The notes: generated by a model not told the origin, from the letters alone. DNA of 32,000 bases from an uncultured Methanomicrobiaceae archaeon (GCA_963826525.1 CAWGXH010000003.1:12570-44569), one strand, 5' to 3'. Positions 9,837 to 18,551 are shown, numbered from the stretch's first letter. Made by a program: numbers and translations.

Positions 9837-10845
9837 ATTCTGCCCTACTGATCTGAGTTAAGTACCCTTGTACCGACTTTTTATAACCGTTTTTACGTGC
9901 GAGCCGCTGGATGGCCCGCCAGATTCCGCTGCCGTACTGCATCGCTTTCTTCTCGTGCCAGGCAATCTCCGCCGGAATGTGGCGTTCTGCGATCGTTCGG
10001 AGGAGGTGCTTGCGCACCCCGTCGCGCACCCGCTCGTGCGCCGGGACGGCCCGGATAGCGCGCACCACACGGACATCCATATAGGGGAGCGAGAAGTACG
10101 CACCGTGGAGCGCGGCGACCCTTTGATCGCGGAGCGCCTGATCGGCAAGCCCGTGAAAGTCCCGTTCGAGCTCGGCCGCGAGATCCTCGGAATCGAGGTA
10201 GCGGGCGTACCCCCCGAAGAGCTCGTCGGCACCCTGGCCGGCGAGGATCCGGGAGTAGCCCTGCTCGCCCGCCCACTCGGCGACGAAGTACAGGGTGGTC
10301 GCGATCGAGGCGTCGACCGGGTTTGTCGGGTCCGGGATCACCGAGACGACACGGGCGAGCACCTCCTCGATCCGTGCCTCCGTCGGGGTGACGGTGTGGA
10401 GGACGAGGTCGAGCTCCCGCGCGGCCCGCGCAGCCTGCACGGCGTCGTGCGACTCCTCGAGACCGACGACGACGCATTCGAGCCCGGCGATGCCGGCGAC
10501 GAGCGACGAGTCCACCCCGCCCGAGAGGGCGACCACCCCGTCGTCGCTCCGGAGGCGGATAGCGGTGAGGATGGCCTCTTCGAGATCGCACGCCGGGGGC
10601 GCCGGATCGACCGTGCCGACCGTCCGGCCGCCGCAGACGATTGCACCCGCCGGAACGGGTGCGGGGATGATGCCGAAGTGGTCGCGTGCCCTGCAGGCAT
10701 CCCACGCGAGGGTGAACTCCCCCCCGCACCGGGCGAGGAGCGCCGGTTCGTCAGCGAGCATCCGCTCGATCTCCGTCCGGGTGAGCCGCTCTCCGTCCCG
10801 TTCCATCCAGCCTGTGTACTGCACGTCGATGTTCATTGCTCCCAT
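9820..10845 (-). CDS. asparagine synthetase-related PP-loop ATPase (AsnB C-domain homolog without a glutaminase nucleophile)
   Basis: PP-loop VALSGGVDSSLVA and AsnB-like motifs (ILAGQGADELFGGY, KKAMQYGSG). The N-terminal region is only about 100 aa with no Cys2. It overlaps the gatC start by 17 nt. The start could instead be the ATG at 10836. Confidence 0.75.
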   Translation of the reverse strand: MGAMNIDVQYTGWMERDGERLTRTEIERMLADEPALLARCGGEFTLAWDACRARDHFGIIPAPVPAGAIVCGGRTVGTVDPAPPACDLEEAILTAIRLRSDDGVVALSGGVDSSLVAGIAGLECVVVGLEESHDAVQAARAARELDLVLHTVTPTEARIEEVLARVVSVIPDPTNPVDASIATTLYFVAEWAGEQGYSRILAGQGADELFGGYARYLDSEDLAAELERDFHGLADQALRDQRVAALHGAYFSLPYMDVRVVRAIRAVPAHERVRDGVRKHLLRTIAERHIPAEIAWHEKKAMQYGSGIWRAIQRLARKNGYKKSVQGYLTQISRAEYGIGD

Positions 10846-10917
10846 CCCTCTCCGGCATCACCGCTCTCGGGCGGTGCAGATCCCGGAGGTTGAACTATCT
10901 CTGGTTTTGAACCGATG

Positions 10918-10929
10918 AATTATAAATAT
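10918..10929 (-). promoter_or_regulatory. TATA-box candidate for the asnB-like/gatCAB/topA string
   Basis: Minus strand reads ATATTTATAATT, about 75 nt upstream of the ATG at 10845. It is the only AT-rich block in the 195-nt gap. Confidence 0.4.
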
Positions 10930-10991
10930 GATTGAATATCGAACGGTTCGCGAGAACGGCGTTTTCTGTTTTTTATGGGATGAGCATGCGG

Positions 10992-11016
10992 AAAAAGCGC
11001 TGCCGGGCAGCTTTTT
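10992..11016. terminator. hairpin flanked by A5 and T5 (bidirectional intrinsic-terminator-like) just after the purB stop
   Basis: AAAAAGCGCTGCCGGGCAGCTTTTT. The GCTGC/GCAGC stem extends into A5/T5 with a 2-nt bulge. It lies 25 nt downstream of the purB stop (11041-11043) on the minus strand. Confidence 0.5.
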
Positions 11017-11040
11017 GCAGAAAGAGTGGGGTGGGATACC

Positions 11041-12396
11041 TCACCGCACCGTCTCGTCGCCGGCGAGCGGGGCAAGCTTCTCGCGGAGCATCTCCACCTG
11101 CCGGACGGCCGTGCCGATGTATGCGTCGGGATTGAGGAGGTCCAGAAGCTCCCGGTGCGAGCAGTAGGCGGAGACGGCCGGCTGCTCGGCGAGGACGTCG
11201 GCGAGGTTCCGGCCATCGGCGAGCGCCTGCATGCTCGCTTCCCGCATCAGCTCGTGCGCCTCCTGCCGCTCCATGCCCCGTTTCGTCAGGCCGATCATCA
11301 CCGACTCGGCGAGGTTGATCCCGCGGAGCAGCATCAGGTTCCGGCGGATATTCTCGGGATTGATCCGGAGGCCGTCGAGCACCCGGGTCATCACTCCGAG
11401 GATATGATCGAGGAGAATCGAGGCCTCGGGGAAGAGCACCCGCTCGGTCGAGGAGTTCGTGAGATCCCGCTCGTCCCAGAGGACGTTGTTCTGCAGAGCC
11501 GGCTCCACGGCTGAACGGACGATCCGGGCAAGCCCGCAGACCTGCTCGCTCTTGATCGGGTTCCTCTTGTGCGGCATGGTGCTCGAGCCGACCTGCTTGC
11601 TGCCGAAGGCCTCTTCGAGTTCGCCGATCTCGGAGCGCTGCATGAGCCGGATCTCAAGCCCGATCTTGTCGAGCGTCGTCGCCACGTTCGCGAGGAACAT
11701 GAAGTACTCCGCGTAGCGGTCGCGGGAGATGATCTGGTTCGAGACATCCACTGCCGAAAGGCCGAGGAACTCCATCATCGCCTGCTGGACATCCGGCGCC
11801 TTCTCGCCGAGCGCGGCCTGGGTTCCGACGGCACCGGTCAGCTGCCCGACGAGGAGGCGCGGCCGCATCTCGCGCAGCCGCTCGATATGGCGTGCCACCT
11901 CGCTCGCCCAGATGGAAAACCGGAGCCCGTAGGTCGTCGGGACACCGATCTGGCCGTGCGTCCGCCCGGCGCAGACGAGGGTTTTGGTCTCGCCCGCCCG
12001 CCAGAGGAGCACCCGGAGGAGATTCGCCAGTTTCTGCTCGATCAGGGCGAGCGCGTCGCGGAGCTGCAGCCCGGTCGCGGTGTCGAGGATATCGTTCGAG
12101 GTCGCCCCGTAGTGGATCCACCTGCCCGCATCCCCGCAGACCTCGGTGACGGACCGGACGATCGCCATCATATCGTGGTTGATCTCCTCCTCGATCTCCT
12201 TTGCCCGTGCAAGGCTCGCGTTCTCGGCGCATACTGCTATCGTCCGGGCGTCCTCGTCCGGGATCATGCCGTAGGCCGCCTCCGCCCGGGCGAGAGCGAC
12301 CTCCGCGGCGACGATCGCCCGGAACCGGTTCTCCTCGCTCCAGACGCTGCGCATCTCCGGCGTGCCGTACCGGTAGTCGATGGGGTGAATAGCCAT
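11041..12396 (-). CDS. purB: adenylosuccinate lyase
   Basis: ORF trimmed to ATG 12396 (MAIHPIDYRYGTPEM...). Fumarate-lyase signature VGSSTMPHKRNP. 451 aa. Confidence 0.95.
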   Translation of the reverse strand: MAIHPIDYRYGTPEMRSVWSEENRFRAIVAAEVALARAEAAYGMIPDEDARTIAVCAENASLARAKEIEEEINHDMMAIVRSVTEVCGDAGRWIHYGATSNDILDTATGLQLRDALALIEQKLANLLRVLLWRAGETKTLVCAGRTHGQIGVPTTYGLRFSIWASEVARHIERLREMRPRLLVGQLTGAVGTQAALGEKAPDVQQAMMEFLGLSAVDVSNQIISRDRYAEYFMFLANVATTLDKIGLEIRLMQRSEIGELEEAFGSKQVGSSTMPHKRNPIKSEQVCGLARIVRSAVEPALQNNVLWDERDLTNSSTERVLFPEASILLDHILGVMTRVLDGLRINPENIRRNLMLLRGINLAESVMIGLTKRGMERQEAHELMREASMQALADGRNLADVLAEQPAVSAYCSHRELLDLLNPDAYIGTAVRQVEMLREKLAPLAGDETVR

Positions 12397-12530
12397 AGTG
12401 GAGAAAAGTTGGCCTTCCCGGATGAAAAAAGGATGGCGTCGCAGGATCATCCGGGGGCGGGATGCGGGGAAGTCTCCCGCTTTTCCGTGAGCACGTCCGG
12501 AATGGTGTCCGGGTGTGAAGAGACGATTCG

Positions 12531-12600
12531 GATCGCGGGTACGGCCTGTATCCGGCTATCGCAATGGGGGGAGGGTGCGGGAGGGGGCTCGCCCCCTCCT
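12531..12600. repeat. dispersed intergenic repeat, copy A (about 70 nt, ends in a GGGAGGGGG/CCCCCTCC hairpin)
   Basis: About 80% identical by hand alignment to 24803-24872. The 26-nt core GTGCGGGAGGGGGCTCGCCCCCTCCT is identical (12575-12600). It lies about 30 nt 3' of the methyltransferase stop at 12633. Confidence 0.6.
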
Positions 12601-12632
12601 GCTAACGAGGCGCAGTGCAGGGCACCCTTCCC

Positions 12633-13431
12633 CTACTTCACGCCCGTTCCCTTGAAGAACGTGTAGCAGAACGTCCCGTCGGGCTCGCACGTCCGCTCGA
12701 GCCCCCGGATGCCGGCATTCCAGGTCTCCTCGTCGATGAGCCCGCTCTGGAGCGCCCGCTCCCGCACGCCCTCCACCATTGCGGTGAACGTCCGCCTGGT
12801 GAACCCGTCGATGAGACGAGGCCTGCTCGCATCGACGTAGACCATGCGAGGCGAGACGCGGAGATCGCGGAATCCCGCCTCGGAGAGCAGCGGGTAGAGC
12901 GTCCGGCCGATCAGGGCGTTCCCGCCCGCGGCGGCCTGGAGATCCACCAGGCAGCGGATCGCAGCCGTTGCAGCGGCGTTCTCGGGAGAGAAGTACGTCG
13001 AGCCGTGATCGCCCTCGATGACGGTGACGGTGCCGCCGGGCTTGAGCACCCGGCGGAGGCCTGCGAGCGCAGCGGCAGGGTCACTCAGGTGCTCGAGGAC
13101 GAAACAGACGAAGACGTGGTCGAACGACGTCGTCCCTGAAGGGGAGGTGCATGATATCGGCCTGCCCGAACCGGACGCCGGAAACCCTTCGGCGTGCCTG
13201 CAGGACGGAGGATGCGGCGATGTCCACGGAGACGATCGTCGCCCCCGGGCTGTTCTCTGCCAGGATCACCGTCTGTGCGCCGACCCCGCACCCTGCCTCG
13301 AGCACCAGGCTCCCCGCAGGATAGCGGGTATCGCCATGCAGCAGCTCCGTCAGTGTCTCCGCCTGATCGTGCAGGCGATCCGATTCACGCTCGGAATCGC
13401 CGTGGACGTACGCTCTCTCCCTGTCTGCCAT
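12633..13431 (-). pseudogene. class I SAM-dependent methyltransferase (Methyltransf_11/UbiE-like), interrupted by a +1 frame change near 13119-13131
   Basis: The N-terminal part MADRERAYVHGDSERESDRL...LVLEAGCGVGAQT...ADIMHLPFRDD lies in the frame of ORF 13081..13956. The continuation FDHVFVCFVLEHLSDPAAALAGLRRVLKPGGTVTVIEGDHGS... lies in the frame of ORF 12633..13049. Confidence 0.8.
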
Positions 13432-13471
13432 CGGTGCATCTCTCCTGTGTGTACAGATGTGTGCCTCGGGG

Positions 13472-13477
13472 TATATA
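13472..13477 (-). promoter_or_regulatory. TATA box for the methyltransferase gene
   Basis: CCTATATACC on the minus strand, about 41-46 nt upstream of ATG 13431. An AGGAGA Shine-Dalgarno-like element lies 9 nt before the ATG. Confidence 0.5.
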
Positions 13478-13505
13478 GGTGGTCGCCGGAGGTACGGCGA
13501 GCCGG

Positions 13506-14276
13506 TTATCGCCTCTGCTGTTCGCATGCATCGAGCAGCCGCTCCGCAAGCCCCCGCACCGCCGTCCTGGCAGGGCTGCCGTCCGGAATACCGACGATCG
13601 GCTCGCCGGCGAGATCCGCCTGCTCCACGGCCGGGTCTTCGGGAACGGTGGCTATCAGGGGGAGTACGGTGCCGAGCTCCGTCTCTTCTCTGTTGATGCC
13701 GTCCCGAACGCGGTTGACGCAGAGGAACATCCGGTCCTGCGCCAGACCGAGCGTTCCGGCGATCTCCCGTATCCTCCGGGCGGTCCGGATCCCCCGTGCA
13801 CCGGGATCGCTCACGATGAGCAGAATGTCGGGGTTCTTCACGGTCCCCCGCGCGACATGCTCCATGCCCGCCTCGGAGTCGACGACGACGAACCGGTAGT
13901 CGCGCTCCAGCGTGCCGATGCACTCCGAGAGGAGGGCGTTCGGGAAGCAGTAGCACCCCGACCCTTCCGGGCGCCCCATGGCGAGAAGGTCAAAGCCTTC
14001 CGCTTCTGCCAGCACCCGGTGGAACCGGTATTTGATATAGCCGGTGCGGTTCATTCCCGGCGGGATGCTCTCCGTGAAGGCCTTCTCGCGCACGTTCCCC
14101 AGCGTCTCCTCGAGTGGAATCCCGAGCGCTTCGTTGAGGTTCGTGTTGGGATCGGCGTCGACGGCCAGGACCGGCCGCTCACCCGCCGCAATCAGGGCAT
14201 CGATCAGCAGCGCGGTGATCGTCGTCTTACCGGTCCCTCCTTTCCCGGATACGACGATGGTGCAGGGCCGGCTCAT
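13506..14276 (-). CDS. cooC: CooC/AcsF-type Ni-insertion ATPase (CODH/ACS maturation factor)
   Basis: P-loop VSGKGGTGKTT and the CooC-type CxC motif GSGCYCFPN. 256 aa. 4-nt overlap with the upstream gene. Confidence 0.9.
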   Translation of the reverse strand: MSRPCTIVVSGKGGTGKTTITALLIDALIAAGERPVLAVDADPNTNLNEALGIPLEETLGNVREKAFTESIPPGMNRTGYIKYRFHRVLAEAEGFDLLAMGRPEGSGCYCFPNALLSECIGTLERDYRFVVVDSEAGMEHVARGTVKNPDILLIVSDPGARGIRTARRIREIAGTLGLAQDRMFLCVNRVRDGINREETELGTVLPLIATVPEDPAVEQADLAGEPIVGIPDGSPARTAVRGLAERLLDACEQQRR

Positions 14277-15308
14277 GCCGCTTCCCCCCGGGCACGGCGG
14301 GAGAGTTCGGCGGCGGTCCGCATGATCGCCTCCGCATCCGGCACGTCGGCGAGCCTGATGCCGCAGGTGGGGGTGATCAGCGAGCGCTCATGAAAGAGGC
14401 GATCTCCCACGAGATCGGTGACTTTGCTGCGGATCTGCACGAACCGGTCGAAGAGCGTATCGAGGCTCTCGGCAGCATAGAGGTGCGGTTCGGAGGGGAC
14501 GATGCCCCAGGCGATCACCCCGCCCGCCTCCAGGTAGGCGGCCAGGTCGTCGGCGTAGAGGAGGAACTCCCGGGCGTGCTGGTACGCGTCGAACGAGATC
14601 ACGGCTGGCCCAAGCGACATAAGGAAGCCCCAGTCGGTATTGGAGCAGCAGTGAACCCCGAGACTCCCCTCGAGGAGACCGGCGGCATCGGAGACGCTCG
14701 AGCGCACGACCTCCTCGTCGACCGGAACGACCGAAGACCCCAGTGCCGCCAGGTACGGCTCGTCCAGGACGATCAGCGTCCGTTCGGCACCCGTCCGCTC
14801 ACGCATGACCGTCTCGCACCACCTGGCCCGGAGCGCGATCATCTTGTTCAGCACGTCGGCGTATTCGGGGTCGTAGTGGATCGGCCTTTTGCGCTCGTCC
14901 ACCACCTGCATCCCGAAGGTGACCGGCCCTGTCAGCTGGAATTTGAAGACGAGCGCGTCGGAGAGATCGAACGAGAGCATCCGGTGGAACGCCGAACCGT
15001 ACGCCTCCCCGACTGCGTACGGGGCGGCGTTCCCTTCCAGGTAGTCGAGCAGGATCTGCTCCATCGCCGCCGCATGGCTGCCCGAGGTGTCGACCGTCAG
15101 CCGGTCATTCGCGATCACCCTGCCCGGGAGGTGTTCCGAGTCGCAGAAGACGATCCGTTCGAGGAGCCCTCTGCTTCGGGAGTGTCGGTGCGTACGGCAC
15201 CCGGGGAAAGGCTGCCAGAACCGCCCGGCACGCCGCGTCCGGGTCGAGGTGGGGAAGCGCCCCGATACCGGTCGCGTGCAGGTCCATCTGCGGGAGCATC
15301 GTCGCCAT
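14273..15308 (-). pseudogene. MetE-like / URO-D-superfamily Zn methyltransferase embedded in the acs cluster, interrupted by a +1 frame change near 15165-15176
   Basis: The N-terminal part MATMLPQMDLHATGIGALPHLDPDAACRAVLAAFPRVPYAPTLPK lies in ORF 15105..15308. The remainder GLLERIVFCDSEHLPG... lies in the frame of ORF 14273..15334. Candidate Zn-ligand motifs GVHCCSN (HxC) and ITPTCGIR resemble the cobalamin-independent methionine synthase C-domain. Confidence 0.7.
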
Positions 15309-15312
15309 CCGA

Positions 15313-17214
15313 TCACCCCCGCCTCATCCTGCACGCCTCGAGCGTCTGCTGCACCCTCGGGAAGAGGGTAAGATCAGTATGCGGCAGGAAGCAGCTTGAG
15401 GTATACTGGTCCATGAACGACGGCTCTGCGTTCAGCTCGATGTAGGTGATCCGCTGTGCGAGGGCATCCAGCAGCTTGCGGGACCGCCGGTTGATCAGGG
15501 CGATGTTCGCGCCGGTGATCGCGCCGTTCCCGATGTTCTTCACCTGATCCAGCCCCACTTCGGGGATCAGCCCGATGGTGATGGCGTTCTCCTTATTGAT
15601 GTAGTTCCCGAACGCCCCGGAGAAGTAGACCGTGGCGATCTCCCCGTGATCGAGGCCTGCCGCATCGAGGAGCGTCATGCATGCGCCGAGGATCGCAGCT
15701 TTGCTCATGATCAGGTTCTTGATGTCGTTCTCGGTGATGACGATATCCTTGGCGGCCGCCGTCTCCTCCTTCCACGCCACCACGAACTCCGGACAGTAGC
15801 GTCCCCTCCTGACCCGGGGATTTTCGATCTCCATGTTGATATTGCCGTTCCGGTCGATGACGCATGCGCGGATCAGCTCGGCGAGCAGATCGATGAGCCC
15901 CGATCCGCAGATGCCCTGCGGTCCGGCACCGTTGATCGTCGTGAAGGTCGGGGTGAGCGTATCGCCGTCGATCCGGACACGCTCGATCGCGCCCGGGTTC
16001 GCACGCATCCCGAAGAGCACCTCCCCGCCCTCGAGGGCCGGGCCGGCCGCGCCTGCGCAGGAGAGCATCCAGTCGCTGTTGCCGAGGACCGCCTCGAAGT
16101 TCGTGCCGATGTCCACCAGGAGCGAAACCTCCTCACGCTCTGCCATGCCGCTGGCCAGAATGTCGGCGATGATGTCGCCGCCGATGAAGTTGGAGACCGC
16201 CGGGAAGGTATAGACACCGGCATTCCGGTGGGTCGAGATCCCGATCCGGCCGGCGGCGGTCGAGAGCATCCGGCGCACTGCGGGCGTGTAGGGTTCTGCG
16301 ATCATGTAGGCGGGGTCGATCCCGAGCAGGAGATGGGTCATCACGGTGTTGCCCGCGATCATCACCTCGAAGATGTCGTCCAGATCGATACCGGCGGCGT
16401 CGGCGGCGGCGCACAATGCATCGTTAATGCTCTCGGCTGCCAGCTGTTGCAGCCGGGCAAGGCCGCCTTTCCGTGCAAAGGTCACCCGGGAGAGGATGTC
16501 CTCACCGCAGCTGATCTGCTTGTTGTAGTTCGATGCCGTGGCCGCAATCCGGCCGTCTGCCAGACTCCAGATGTAGACCACGATCGTGGTGGTTCCGAGA
16601 TCCACGGCAGCCCCGTAGAGCCGGTTGCTGCTGTCTCCTTCGTCCACGTGAAGCAGCCGGTATCCGCCGGGAACCAGCGCGACGGTCGCGGTCATATTCC
16701 AGTTTCCCTGGCGGAGCGTTCTGGGGAGGTACTGGAGGACGTCCAGCGGCACGTAGATCCGGTTCGGGCGCGGACCTCCCTGCCGTTCGATCCCTTCGAG
16801 CACCCGGTTGACGTCCGGGGTGGTATCGTCCAGGGATGGCGGGGAGAGGTGGAGGACGTACTTCCGGACTGCGGGATCGGGCGGAATTTCCATCCCGGGA
16901 ACCTCCACCAGGATCTTCTGCTGCTGCACGAGCGACTGTTCGGGAACCTCCACCCGCAGGTCGTTGACGACGAACGTCTGGCATGCAAGGCAGGCACCCC
17001 GTGCGGTCTCCTCGTCCGTAAAGAACCGGCGGTACTTCTCCAGGTCGAAGGAAGCGGTCCCGCTTTTTAGGAAGACAATGCATTTCCCGCATTTCCCCTG
17101 GCCGCCGCATACGACGTTCATGTGAAGGCCGGCCTCAATAGCCGCTTCGAGGAGCGAGTCTCCCTGGCGCACGGTCGCCTTCCGGTAACTGGGCAGGAAC
17201 GTGACGGTGGGCAT
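15313..17214 (-). CDS. corrinoid activation/regeneration protein (RACo/AcsV-like: 2Fe-2S ferredoxin domain plus ASKHA ATPase)
   Basis: 633 aa. N-terminal plant-type ferredoxin motif (VCGGQGKCGKC...CLAC). ASKHA phosphate-1 motif AAVDLGTTTIVV. COG3894-like throughout. Confidence 0.85.
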   Translation of the reverse strand: MPTVTFLPSYRKATVRQGDSLLEAAIEAGLHMNVVCGGQGKCGKCIVFLKSGTASFDLEKYRRFFTDEETARGACLACQTFVVNDLRVEVPEQSLVQQQKILVEVPGMEIPPDPAVRKYVLHLSPPSLDDTTPDVNRVLEGIERQGGPRPNRIYVPLDVLQYLPRTLRQGNWNMTATVALVPGGYRLLHVDEGDSSNRLYGAAVDLGTTTIVVYIWSLADGRIAATASNYNKQISCGEDILSRVTFARKGGLARLQQLAAESINDALCAAADAAGIDLDDIFEVMIAGNTVMTHLLLGIDPAYMIAEPYTPAVRRMLSTAAGRIGISTHRNAGVYTFPAVSNFIGGDIIADILASGMAEREEVSLLVDIGTNFEAVLGNSDWMLSCAGAAGPALEGGEVLFGMRANPGAIERVRIDGDTLTPTFTTINGAGPQGICGSGLIDLLAELIRACVIDRNGNINMEIENPRVRRGRYCPEFVVAWKEETAAAKDIVITENDIKNLIMSKAAILGACMTLLDAAGLDHGEIATVYFSGAFGNYINKENAITIGLIPEVGLDQVKNIGNGAITGANIALINRRSRKLLDALAQRITYIELNAEPSFMDQYTSSCFLPHTDLTLFPRVQQTLEACRMRRG

Positions 17215-18549
17215 CTAGGTCTTCCACTCCTTCTCCAGGTACCCGGCGAGTTCGGCCGCGTCCCGTGGGCCTACCAGCACCTTCCAGCCGGTTTCGTCCT
17301 CGATCTTCCCGGAGAGGGGGGCGGCATAGCCCGGGATGATCAGCCGCCGGTGGTCTACCTTTTCTTCGAGGCCGAACCGCTTGATGGACGCCGCCACCAG
17401 GGATTCGGTCAGTTTCCCGCCGGCGACTGCGGTGAGCACCGAGAGCCCTTCGGTGTCCACCACGAAGAGGTGGCAGGGGATGCGGGACGCCTCCAGGTAG
17501 CCGAGCAGGGTGAAGTAGGTGAGCGAGAAGTTCACCGAGAGGAGCACGGGAGCATCGCGCCCGGGTTCGTTGACCGGGTAGATGCCCGGCGTCATCTGGA
17601 TGGGTTTCTGCGGGTCGGTGTAGATGTTCTGCCGCAGGGTGAGTGCCGCCTCCATGGAGGCGGGCGAAAGCGGCTCGGTGACGATGATCCCGGCGTACTT
17701 CAGGATGCCTGCTGCAAGGGCGGCGTCGGTGAGGCCGAGCGGTACGGTGTCGAAGACGATCGGGTAGCCGAGATCGGGGTCGGTCCGCTCGATCGCGGCC
17801 TTTCTGATCCGGGTCGCGGTGGCGATGAAGTCGCGGAGCGATCCCGGTGCGATATCCAGCATGAGGTCCGGGACGCCGGCATCGACACAGTTCCTGACAA
17901 GGCTGGCGAGCGACTTTGCGTCGCCGGCCCGTACCGCCAGCGGGCAGCCGTGGCGCTTCGCAAGCGCCGCACATTCGCGCCAGTTCCCGTCGGTTGCGGC
18001 ATGGATGAGCGGCAGGAAGTTCCCGCACTCCGCCAGTGCCGCCTCGTGGGCTGCCGGGTCGGCGGCGATCAGAACCTCGGGCAGATCGCCGCAGGCCTCG
18101 ACCAGCGCCACGGTCTCTGCAAACCGCGTCGGAGATCCGCTCTCGTTGCGGATGGCAATACCGTTGAGCATCAGGTCCGTCCCTACCCGGTGGACAATCC
18201 CGTCACGGACATCCTCCGCGACGGTCCGCACCTGCTCTTCGGGCCAGGTATCGGAGATATGCACCATGATCCCCGGCGGGTGGTAGAAGGTCTTTTCATG
18301 CCGGAAAAGGACGAACTCCTCCCCGACAGCGACCGATCGTTCCCCGACGCCGACCTTCACGAGCCGGATTGGGGGACGGGTCGCACCGCCGAGGAGCGCT
18401 TTGGTCTCGGGATCGAGGTCCGGACACAGCTCAACGTCCACCTTGCCGGCTGCAAGCTTCATGGCAAAGGCAAGGCAGGTGGGATAGCCGCACTTCTTGC
18501 AGTTCGTCTTCGGGAGGAGTTTGTAGATCTCCAGCGCCTTCATCGCCAT
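17215..18549 (-). CDS. acsC: corrinoid iron-sulfur protein large subunit (AcsC / CdhE-like)
   Basis: 444 aa. N-terminal 4Fe-4S motif NCKKCGYPTCLAFAMKLAAGKVDVELCP. Bacterial AcsC size. Abuts the acsD stop and the RACo start. Confidence 0.9.
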   Translation of the reverse strand: MAMKALEIYKLLPKTNCKKCGYPTCLAFAMKLAAGKVDVELCPDLDPETKALLGGATRPPIRLVKVGVGERSVAVGEEFVLFRHEKTFYHPPGIMVHISDTWPEEQVRTVAEDVRDGIVHRVGTDLMLNGIAIRNESGSPTRFAETVALVEACGDLPEVLIAADPAAHEAALAECGNFLPLIHAATDGNWRECAALAKRHGCPLAVRAGDAKSLASLVRNCVDAGVPDLMLDIAPGSLRDFIATATRIRKAAIERTDPDLGYPIVFDTVPLGLTDAALAAGILKYAGIIVTEPLSPASMEAALTLRQNIYTDPQKPIQMTPGIYPVNEPGRDAPVLLSVNFSLTYFTLLGYLEASRIPCHLFVVDTEGLSVLTAVAGGKLTESLVAASIKRFGLEEKVDHRRLIIPGYAAPLSGKIEDETGWKVLVGPRDAAELAGYLEKEWKT

Positions 18550-18551
18550 GG

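Noticed and set aside
12464-12484. Plus-strand hairpin GCGGGGAAGTCTCCCGC followed by TTTT, resembling an intrinsic terminator.
   Set aside because: There is no plus-strand gene upstream to terminate. It may simply be part of the purB upstream region.
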